A stretch of DNA of 64,000 bases, from positions 146,125 through 210,124 of the forward strand of contig NMRA01000180.1 of NCBI GenBank assembly GCA_002633005.1, given 5' to 3'. The position numbers and the translations under genes were made by a program. Shown here piece by piece: positions 38,901 through 50,900 of the stretch (its first letter is position 1; every line of letters begins with the position of its first letter). The notes beneath the pieces are model-generated. The model worked only from the letters and a program-made list of their open reading frames with translations. It did no database searches and was not told the DNA's origin. Source of the DNA: Phoronis australis. Taxonomy: Eukaryota > Animalia > Phoronida.

Positions 38901-41900
38901 CATTCAAAAGTTTTTGATTGTCATGTGGTAAAAGACATGTTTATAGACACTTTAGGCACTTTGACCTATTTTTCTCATAAGGTAAAGTCGGAGAAGGTGA
39001 ATCCCTTTCCCTGGGCTGCAGACTCGTCAGCAGTATCATCCAACATTAACAGTTTTAGTTTCAAAGACAGCAATGACAGCTACGTCAAGGTGTCCGGACT
39101 GGGTGCTGGCCAGGAAATTATGATGATGTTACAAGAGGTACACCTTGTTTGCTCATAATACTCATTGTACTGAACCTGCCTTTCGGCTTTATAGTAGCTG
39201 AATTTGCCTGCTGTCCATCATAGCATGAGATGGTCAAGGAGCACGTGGTCACATTAATTTTCACCGTAAGCCTAGATTTTTTGCAAACGCCATTTTATAT
39301 TGAAATGATCCTTTGAAATTTTGACTAAATTGCCTTCTCCCAAAAATACATTATCTTGCTGAGCGTATATACGTGTATGTAAACTAAACGTTGTCCTTGC
39401 ATTCTAAGAAAATCTGAAAGACTTGAAACTTGAGTGTATTGACCTTTGTCTTTTGGCATTCGGATAATCACTCTTCCAGTGGCTTAGTCTGTTTTAGGTA
39501 AATGGGCTAAGGCTGAAAGAAAATATTTACCACTCGGAAGTCAAAAGACATACATGTACATATGTAACCTATTGGACTTGACAGATGACAAAATGTTTCA
39601 ACAAATTTTAACGCAAAAGGCAAATGCAACCTTTGGGGATTCGTAAGAAGATTTCTAACAGTAAGCTTAAGTCAAACAACAAAGACCAACGATGCCTTCG
39701 AGAAACAGGGCATAGCACACCGGTCTCGCAGACCTGCGGCCTATTTCTTGAATGGGATTTTGACTTTGGCAACGTTCAGAACTCTTACTGCGAACAGCCA
39801 AAAATTGATTGTTATTTCTCTTGTACTTCCTGAAAAGTTTTTGTCTTCTATATAGTCGAGCACGCTACGGATTTTGCCTGCTCTCTTGCAGACAAATTTT
39901 CTGACTTTGAACCTTAGCCTTTTTTGAAAAACAAGCTAAGCCATCCCTTGACTGGCAGGAAACTAAAGCCAACAAGACTATTTTTATTTGTTTAACTTTA
40001 ATTCTTCCGGGTCGTCTTCAATCCTTGTGACTACAAACATTGCTCGGAACTCAACTTGAACATTGAGTAAATTTCAGATTTTGCTCAAGTATCGAGTATT
40101 GTTTGGTGGTCGTCGTCTCTGGTTCTTATCCTACATTTCGTTTTGAACTCATCATGTTGTCGAACCCGATGGTGACACTCCACCACTGCTAAATCAACCA
40201 AATGATGCTACACTATGAACTCAAATCCGACAGCATAATTTGAACATATTGACGCCACCATTTTTGTACACGGCTAAAGACAAAATGCTCCATACCCAAG
40301 ATAAAACATTGCAGATGTCACCTTTCCGAACTTTCAAGCAAATTCCTTATTTCTATGATTTATGGCCAAATTAGTAATAAACACAACATGTAGTATTGAT
40401 GTGAGTATGAAGTAGGTTGAAAATTGACAAATGTTTTTAAGAATGAGTTTTGTGGCGAAAATGATCCGCCGCAAAACATTGAATCGTGTCCAGTAAGTAT
40501 CCTGACGTGGTGTGCTGGAGAATGCCACTGCGTGATGCAGGTTACATGTATGTGAGCCAGCGAGTTAAGTCGTTAGTGCAAAGTTCAACTATTTGCAGAA
40601 GTTTTGTTTTCACATTTACAAGTTGTCAGTGAACACAACTGCATTTTGTTTAAAATAGATTTTGTTAAAATAGCATTTTCGTTAGTTCCTACTACATATT
40701 AGCATTGGTAAGAGCACACAAATACATCTTTAAGTTAACTCGGCGCGCCAACAAGTGTCGCGACCAAATATATCGTTGATGACGAAGTTGCATTCAGTAT
40801 GTAAATAATTAAAATCATAGTGTTAACTGTGTGACTGTTTGGATTTCTCTAACATGAATTGACATTTTCGCCTTCTCACAATTAAATGATGATTTCAGTT
40901 CAACCCAACCCCAAACGCATCGCTTGGTAGAACTTCCATGAAACTAGATAGGGCGTTGCCACACCAGGTGGCAGTTGGTAAGCGAGTGGCCGTATTTTTG
41001 AGAGTAGCGAATCTCAACAATACTCTTGTAAGCAACGTTACAAAACCTGTTCAATACACGAATGTGTCCGCAAATACAACAGCGACGACACCTTGGTTCG
41101 CATCATCCTCTACAAGTCAGGGCACCACAGTTCCAGCGTCAACGACGGCGTCGTCATCTGCATCAAACTCAACGCTGCCGCCGCCCAAAGGTTCTGGAAC
41201 GTTCTTTTGTGTCTTTATGACAACAGGTTAGTGATAAAAATTTTCCAAGAATATTTGAACCTTCAATGCGATTTTAGCGTTGGCTCTAATTACACGTACA
41301 TGTATGCCTCATTCCCCAGGACTGCCGTGGGCAATAACACTAACACTTTAAACTCAAGGTAGCACATCGTAACAAACTGTATACAACAACGACTATATGT
41401 GGTGATCACCCTGTGTCACTATTGTTGTCCATGGTAACCCAGTCAGAAAGTAGTGCTACTCACGTGTTTTGGCTCTCCTTCTGTTTTCGCAACGATGGTT
41501 TTCAACGAAATTTGGAATGCACTTCTTCACATTTTTTTCAAACTACATGTATACCTGGATTATGACATGGTTATTTTTTTCCTTTTTATGATTCCTTCAC
41601 AAGAATTCGCAATTCTAAATTAAATAAGGCTATCGTTAAAAAAGCCAGTTCCAAAAACGCGACTTCTTCGTATGTTTCGGCCAAATGAAAACCTCGAATA
41701 ATTTGATATTCAAATGGCATACAAGTAAAAAGTAGGTCGGTGGATTAACTTTTGACGTATTTTTTAAATCACGACATTAACTTTATAACAATGATACCAT
41801 TAATAAATGGCGTAGGGAATACCTACTGGATCGTGTTGATATTTCCGAATATAATCCCTACATCTGTCGTCAACCGATTTTTTCCGTTTTTCGTTCATTT

Positions 41901-44900
41901 AGGCCTTGCAACTAAGATTTTGAATAACAAAATATAGGCAAACTTGTGTTTAAAGCGGTAATTGACTTATTACACACAGGATAGTGTTTAATGGTAGTCA
42001 TGTGGTTGGAGAATATTTCCATAGGCGCACCTAGGGGGCTCGGGGGGATCGAACGAACCCCCCAATTTGACGAATTGNTACATGCATGCCTCATTCCCCA
42101 GGACTGCCGTGGGCAATAACACTAACACTTTAAACTCAAGGTAGCACATCGTAACAAACTGTATACAACAACGACTATATGTGGTGATCACCCTGTGCCA
42201 CTATTGTTGTCCATGGTAACCCAGTCAGAAAGTAGTGCTACTCACGTGTTTTGACTCTCCTTCTGTTTTTGCAACGATGGTTTTCAACGAAATTTGGAAT
42301 GCACTTCTTCACATTTTTTTCAAACTGCATGTATACCTGGATTATAACATAGTTATTTTTTTTCCTTTTTATGATTCCTTCACAAGAATTCGCAATTCTA
42401 AATTAAATAAGGCTATCGTTAAAAAAGTCAGTTCCAAAAACGCGACTTCTTCGTATGTTTCCGCCAAATGAAAACCTCGAATAATTTGATATTCAAATGG
42501 CATACAAGTAAAAAGTAGGTCGGTGGATTAACTTTTGACGTATTTTTTAAATCACGACATTAACTTTATAACAATGATACCATTAATAAATGGCGTAGGG
42601 AATACCTACTGGAACGTGTTGATATTTCCGAATATAATCCCTACATCTGTCGTCAACCGATTTTTTCCGTTTTTCGTTCATTTAGGCCTTGCAACTAAGA
42701 TTTTGAATAACAAAATATAGGCAAACTTGTGTTTAAAGCGGTAATTGACTTATTACACACAGGATAGTGTTTAATGGTAGTCATGTGGTTGGAGAATATT
42801 TCCATAGGCGCACCTAGGGGGCTCGGGGGGATCGAACGAACCCCCCAATTTGACGAATTGACAAAAAGGTCCGCCTCAATGAAACAAAAAGTCCGAGCAA
42901 ACGAGGCAAAAGTCCACAAAGTCCAAAGGAATTCGGCGCGGACGCACAATACATAGGCCTGAACCTAGTAGCCCGTTTTTTAGTCCTCGTTGAATTTCTT
43001 CAGTAAAAGATCCGCATACCAAAAATTCGAGCGCCCCTATTTCGTAATGTTATTTTCCTGAAGATCATGCACAACGATGTGATATTACGTAAGTGAAAGG
43101 CGACTGTTTTGCGAGTGGCACAGAGGAACACAACGGCTTCTACTGAAGTATTTGGTCGGCGAGGGTGTAGTGATCGATTATGGGTGAATGTGTACGGCTT
43201 CCCTTCCATAAGTTAATATTTTTCACCGCAATAATCTGACGAGTGTCTCGCGTTTACAGAATATGTTCAACGTCATAGCACAATCAACTTTACACAGTCG
43301 ATTCCATTCCCAGTAAAGTTGTTTCCGACAGGAAAACGTTCTAACGCCCATTGAGTGAATGTTGACTTAAGACCCACAGTTCGACTAATAAAGCAAAAGG
43401 CCTGTAGCAAAGGAAAATCACAGAATGTTTCCTGAGGAGTTTATTTCTCTTTCCGACCTTTTTCAGATGGTGCGAACCCTGTTGATTGTTCCAATCATTT
43501 GAAATGCACTCTTCCACACCTACAAGCTAGCCCGACGAGCCATCCAGACCCCAACGTGTGTTTTCTGGACACACAAAGTGTGAATACGTGAGTTCATAGT
43601 ACATGTACATGTATATACACTGTATGAAAATACTAACAGTATGAAACATAGTCGGTGCTACAGAGACCACTGTGTTCCCCTTAATATCTGAAGTACTAAG
43701 CTCATTTGTTATCCACAGACCTCTCGTTATGATCAGAGGAAATACACTGCAGAACATAAGCAATATGAATCCATACAAATAGCAGGCAATCGTTATCAAC
43801 TCATCCCATGCTGGATATCGTAGGTCTAAAGAAGGAAAATCGATCTTGTACAAGGTACGTGCTGTTCAGGTTCCGCTAGCGGAATTAGAGGCCAAAGACA
43901 ACAACCTCACAAGTTTTTGTTCGTGTACGGAGGACTACGTGATAGAAGCGAACTACACAACGGAAGTTTTTAGCACCTCTTGCCTGTTCTATGATGAAGA
44001 GCAAAGCGAATGGAATGACGGTGGCTGCAGGGTAAGTAGGACATGGTCCACAATACTTTCAGGTAGTAAACTTTGACCACTGATTCCAATCCGCATTCAT
44101 CTCTTGGCACCAATGGGTATTTTAAGACAGAAATGGATACCTACTACATTTATTGCTTTGCACTGTCCATGCTCGCACCCAGCATGGACCTTTTACTAAA
44201 AAACAAAATCGCGGACTCAAAAAACGGGGACTTCAAAATAAATAAGGGGCGCTATGTTCAGAGCTAAGAATTGTACATTCGCGCCGATTTCCTGCGTTCT
44301 TAGTGGGCTTTTTTCTCGTTTTCTCGGATTTTCTGTTTCTCTGAGGCGCGCCTTTTATCCCACTTCGCCAAACGAGGGGGGGCTCGAACGAGCCCCCCTG
44401 GGTGGGCGCATGCTGTCTGATCTCTGATTTAAATTGTCTATTTCGTATCCGAATTTTCTCAAGCAGAAACGCGCAGCCTGAAACCAGGTGTCGTTTGTTT
44501 ACATCGAATTAGTAATGGTCTCTATTTTGTTACATGATCGGTCATCCACGAGTATAGCCTTCATTCTTTCTTTCAAGGTTGGACGAAACACTACCTACAG
44601 CAGCACACAATGTTTCTGTTCACACTTGACGTCTTTCGCCAGCACGTTCTATGTGCCTATGAACAGGATAGTTCCTCCACACGAAGCGTTCTCCCAACTT
44701 GACGAAAACCCTGTCTGTTTCGTGTTCTCGATATGCATCATGGCTCTCTATCTTGTTATTATTGTGTGGGCCAGAAAGGCAGACTTGTCCGACATGAAAA
44801 AGGTAATAATTTAAAACGAACAATGTGAATGTGTTTGGACATGTGGCACACGAACAAGCGCCTAAAGGAAAAGAAAGTTTTAGATTCGACGTTCTCTACT

Positions 44901-47900
44901 TCATTAAGACACAGAAACGACACCTAGAATTTAACTGCCATGCAATTGTCTTTGAGTTGTTCGTCTTTAATTGTTTAAATTCTTTTAAGAAGTTGAAACA
45001 ACACATTTTAAGTGTTATTAGATAACATTGCTTAGCATACGAATTTAACACCTCTTTGACCAATGCCTGTTGCAAGAACGTTCTTCATTTTAGTTGTATT
45101 TAGTATTTTGTGACGACATATTATAGATAGTTCGAACTCTCTTCAAATGGCAGTGATTCAAGTAATGATAATCAAATAGTTATAGTGATCGGAAATATCG
45201 AGGTACATTCCCATGCCATTACAAGTATTGCAGTTCATTTTACCCTTGACAAATGTGAGCTATTCAGTGTGATTCGGTGAAGCTCATATAACCACGTGTG
45301 CGATCCCAAAAAATAGTGTTTCTTACAGGTGGGAGTTACACCACTGGAGGACAACCGACCGGAAGACAAGTACGGATATGAAATCACAGTATGGACAGGC
45401 TTCCGTGCAGGTGCCGGCACTACAGCGCACGTTTCCATCATCTTGACAGGGGACGTTGATGAAGACAGGCCACGCCTTTTGCAAGACACAAAGAGGTCTA
45501 TTCTCCAAAAGGGTTCCATAGATACGTTTTATATGACTACGCCTTACAGGCTCGGCAAAATGTCACACCTCAGGTATGTGTCTTGTTTGGGTTAGCTCTT
45601 TCTTATCTTCTTCCGATCAGCACTTCGTTGGCAAAATATAACACTAATGCTGCGTAAGTTCAACAATCACTCGTGTATAGTCATGACTGTAGATTTATCC
45701 CGTACGCGTGGAATCTGTTGTGAGAAATACGGCCACGTATTAAAGCTTTCCGAATTCACCTCCCGCACTACTTCAACAGTGACCTCTGACATGGACTGTT
45801 CAAAAGGTAGGTCAATGTCGACTCGACGTCTCCAACCGCATCGATCATCAAACTTTCCGAATATAGTTTAAAGTAATACAGTTGCAGCAGTGTAACTAAC
45901 ACTCGACATGCAACCAGGCCGATTCCTAGGACATTACAATATCAAATATTGATGTTATTTAACTATTTCCAGGAGATGTTACAAGTTCACTGCACAGTTG
46001 CCGTTGTTTTCATCTTTGTTACTTCTTATCAAGAAATAAATCGTTACTTTTAAAACTGTTTCTTTTACAAGAGAAAACTTGCAACCTAACGCGTAGGTAC
46101 ATATATATAGGATATGATCCACCATGTGAACAGTCTGGGTGAAATATTTAAAAATCTGCCGAAAAAATGAAAGAAACTTAGGAATTCGAAGCGCCAGTCG
46201 AGGTCGATACGCGAAATAAGATCGAGTGGGATATTATTTCATGTACGCCAATCGAGGTGCGTTTTGTGTATGTATTGATAAAACAATAATTTCGCGGTGG
46301 CAGGGAGCCCATGAAATCACTCTATACACATTAAACATGCGATCGATTTCGTGCCTGTGTTTCAGAGTGTGGCATGACAATCACGGAAGCAGCCCTTCGT
46401 GGTTCTTCAGTCGCATGTTGGTCGAGGATGTTCAAACGGGAGAAAAATTCTACTTTATATGTGACCGTTACTTGGCAGTCGAAGAGGATGATGGAGCGGT
46501 GAGAACGCTAAACGATGTACTTGAGTTTTAAATGGAAAGAACTGTTTGCCTTAAACATGCGTTTTTCTTTCGCTTTCGGCCGAAACCACAGAATGAATGC
46601 CATTTATTAAAACAAACCACGAAATCAGTAGCATTTAATACAATACAGCCTTACTTTCGAGTGCGTTTTAGTGTCAGTGTTTCTGACTTGATGAAAAAGA
46701 AGTTTATTGTCATTCAACTTCGGAGGCCATTGTGTTTATGGCATCTTTAGAAATTTTGATTTCAAACTTTTTAAGAAATTATTTTCACCTAAAAAGCTTG
46801 TCCGAAGAACAGTTGTTAGGAAAGAGTTTTGATCACAGAAGTGAAAAGGAAAGAGTTTCCTAAAGTAGGCCAATGCTTTTCGCAATACTCGAAAAAAATT
46901 ATTAGACTAAGTAGTCCTCTCAAATGTGCCTTTGTTGCGAGATTCATGCCATACGTAAAAATGGCAACTTTCATAAATATGGTGGTCATGTGATTACAAA
47001 CGTGTATGTGTCCTTTTAAGGTATGAATTGGGATTCACCAGTCATCGAGGACTCCAAAAACATATACTTTTATTGGTTGAAATTCTACAGTTGAAACTTT
47101 ATTCGATAAAATTTGTAAATTCTTTTAAGAAGCGCATTTGACAGATAAAGCAAATTTTTGCACTAAGTTCTACATATACAATGGGCATGATGACTTTGGG
47201 TTATTCCGGTTTCAGATCGATCGTGTTGTCCCCATAGCAGGACGGGAGGAGCTGACAAGTTTTAACCATCTGTTCTGGTCGAAAACTCGTCGTAATTTGT
47301 CAGATGGTCATATCTGGTTTTCCGTATTTGCTCGCCCGACCCGTAGTAAATTTACGCGCGTGCAGCGAATCACCTGTTGTCTCGCATTGGTGTTTGGTAT
47401 GATGACGGCCAACATAATGTTTTACGATACCGGTGATAAAGTTGAGAGTCCGCAATCGATATCCCTTGGACCAATGTCGTTTAGTTTCCACAGTCTTTAC
47501 GTCGGCGTCATAAGTAGTTTAATCACTCTACCGCCATCTTTGATTATCATAACAATATTCCGCATGTCAAAGCATCCTCCAGACTTCAAAAAGTCAAAGA
47601 AATCGGCAAACAGCTCACCAGACGACAAGAAACAAAACTTATCGGAAATTAAAGTTACGACTCTGAGCCAAACATGGGAGAATCAAAAGTTCTCTTTAAA
47701 TCAAGAGGTAACCACTGGAGAAACTCAGATGAAGTACACGCAGACTCTCGCAAATGAAGAATATGGTCAAAAATCAATTATAACGGCTGGTCTAAGTCCC
47801 GGATATTCCACTCAAGAGCAAATGAAAACTCCAAAAAAGAAGAGAAAATGGCAGCTTCCTTGGTGGTTTATCATTTTTGGCTACATTCTGAGCTACGGCA

Positions 47901-50900
47901 CCGTTGCCGGGGCATTTATAATCATTGTGGGCGTGGGTGCGGGATTTGGACCCAAAAAATCTGAAGAGTGGTTAGCGTCGATGGTGGTGAGCTTGGTGGA
48001 AACCATCTTCTTCACTCAGCCGTTAAAGGTAAGTATTCCTTTACCACTGTGCGTTCAAGTTAATAATGGGAAGAAGTGACGAAATGTAGTGAGTAGTCCT
48101 TTTGCGTGTTGATAATAATAACGCGAGATTATGCGAGACTTAAATGTGACGTCACCGGAAGTGGGGCAAAAACTTGTCGTTTGGCCATTTACCCGATTCA
48201 AAAGCAGAGTGTATTCTGTTGTTTACTTCGAGTTTTTAATCTTTTATTGTGAAAAATGCCAATCAAGCATTGCTGTTATGGCAAATAAAATTCATATTCG
48301 CACTACAATACGTTCCATGGCGTTCTGTACTAATTTCGTATTTTAAACGGGCGGTAGGCGAAATCCGCTCGCTGATTAAGTTTTCACCTCGTCAAAAATA
48401 CAATCATTCTACACCTAAAATTATCACTTAAAAAGGCGCTTGCTTTCTTCAGTGATCCTTTCTACTTCTAAACATATCTTCGATGAAGCATAGGTATTGG
48501 AATTCAGATGACTTTGGCGAAGAATTCCGACTCCACTTTTTGGTTACTGTTAACTTTGACCGCGCGCGCGATAACCACAAAGTATTTCAACCATAGGCAT
48601 GTCTATGGTTTCAACTGAGTCAGGTGAGTATGAGACAAAGGCTAGCGCGAGAATGAGCGAAGCGCGTGACCTTGCATAATAGCATGGGAAATATCAAGTG
48701 AAATTTGTAAGATTTGTGTCCCTTGTAGTTTTTGCTCGTCAACAGGCGTGATTTCATGTAACTTCCTCAAAGTGGCGCCCGATGAGAAAAACTCGAGCGA
48801 ACCGCGAGGTTTTCATTGATGTTGTCAAGTTATTTGCAGAATAAATTGTATCCAGAGTCAGGATATGTGGTAATTATAACTCCATGTGCACATATGCATG
48901 TTTCAATTGATTTTATTTGCTGTATTTTGAAATGAGTAACTTTTTATGGGGATATGCTATCGCGCCTGTATGCCTGCGGCATTCAGGCCTAGACCGGGTC
49001 GAGTTCCAATTTCAGTCCGTTCACAGCTTCGCACAACATAACAAGTTCACATTCTCTTCGTCCTTTCACAGTTATTCCACGATCCATCGACCATCCCTTA
49101 AATCGTATTAACGTTTTAAGCGTAAAATTCACCATAAGAACTCCAGTAAGATTTCGCGTGTATAGCAAAGACTCGGGGCAAAACAAGAACAATATGGCGG
49201 GTTTTGCTCTTCTTCCGGTGACGTCACATTGACTAACTGGAAACTCGCAAGTGAGCTATTGAAGACTTGGGCGAAACAAATTGTTTTACTGAGGTTTTGG
49301 TCGAACGTAATGTTCCCAACACTTTGTGGGTCTGTCCTCATAGCTCTTTGACGAGAGAAGGGAAACAAACGAGTTTGAATTTGAAGACAATTTTGCTGGT
49401 AACTCTCACCACACCTATACCCTCAAAATAAAAAAAATTTCATGGAAACAAATTTGTTTTTCAACTGCAATTGTTTACGCAAGTCATTGAATGGTTTAAA
49501 AGCATTTTCGAAATAAAATCCCGTATTGTAGTTCCGGGTGCAGCCAAACAGTCATATTGAAAGGTCGCTGCTTTTTTGCTGCAAAACGACCACCAAGCTA
49601 CAATGTGCATCTTATTAAGGTTGTAATTTTGGAACATTGCAAACGCGTGAACTGCTGAAGTCATTGCAGCATTGGTGTATCGACCTATTTTGACTTTGTT
49701 TTTCTTTTTGGCATAAAAGCCTCGGCTATAGTTGCAGAACGTACGTCACAGTTTTTGTCAACTTTCTTAACTGTACAAGTAGAATAAAGCCATTAAGTAT
49801 TCCTTTGCTCGTACCTTAGATAAGACCTAAGATTTAATTGCGTTCTTAGGTTCTTATCCTGGGCCTGTTCTACGCCCTTGTGATAAAAAAACCAGATCAA
49901 GACGAAGACGAGGACAACGACCAGGTAACAGACTCCAGCACAGACCTCTTACATCCTCAGGCAGTGTCCTTCTCTTCCAAAAATCTTCGCGAAGCAAAGA
50001 GACCACCTGTTTACATGCCTCCCGATGAACATGCTTTACAGGAAGCCAGGAAACTACGGTACGTCAAAACACAAACTATCTTTCCAAGTTTTCCGTGTTC
50101 TTTTGATTTACAATCTGGCAGTAAGCCACTGACTAATTCAATCACATAAAGGCTCTTTATTGGTTTCCAGATTTAAAGAGATGGAGATGTATACGATCAT
50201 AAAGGAAATTGCGTTCTATATGTTCTTTCTCTACCTACTTCTCATGTGTGCGTATGGCAACCAAGATCCGTGGTCATATACACTCAAGGAGAAAGTGACG
50301 CAAGAGTTTCTAGGCGGCGTCTATTCCAACCACAGTCGCTACGGCGGACCAATGGAAATCAGCAAGGTATTACTAGAAAAAAATCACCTAAATGGGGAGA
50401 TATTTCGACTGTTTAGCGGTATATTTTTGCCACGTTTACATGGTATATGTAGTTCTAGTTGGTGCGTTTATGGATAACCTAGAGGTCCACACCAGGAGAT
50501 TTGCAAGCGTTTTGCGTTTGAAACACCAATGTTCCTGTGTGTTACGACAACTAGAGTCCCCAAGAAGATGTTCGACAACATCTGACTCGTATAGTCATAG
50601 TAACAACTAGCTCAAGAGCAAAATAGATTCTTAGTTGCTCGCTCTTTTCAGTCCAGATAATTAAGGTGGTTGGACGGTGTTTGTGTGAATTACATTTAGG
50701 AGAAGCAGAACTCTTGACCCCTCTCTGTGTTTGCTGTGTGGGTTAGTCTTAATTTTTTATGTGACGTCAATTACCCAAAAGAGATCCTTGTGTCATGTTT
50801 ACGGAATGGGAAACAGCTAATGGTCAAAGCAGTTATATATGTCTATCCTAATTGAACATGAGCGCGCTTTTTAGTGTATTCGTAGTTAAGGGCCAGAGTA

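Noticed and set aside
41278-41358. Candidate exon VGSNYTYMYASFPRTAVGNNTNTLNS
   Set aside because: Would need phase 2-2 between phase-1 junctions; 41226 joins 43467 in frame without it.
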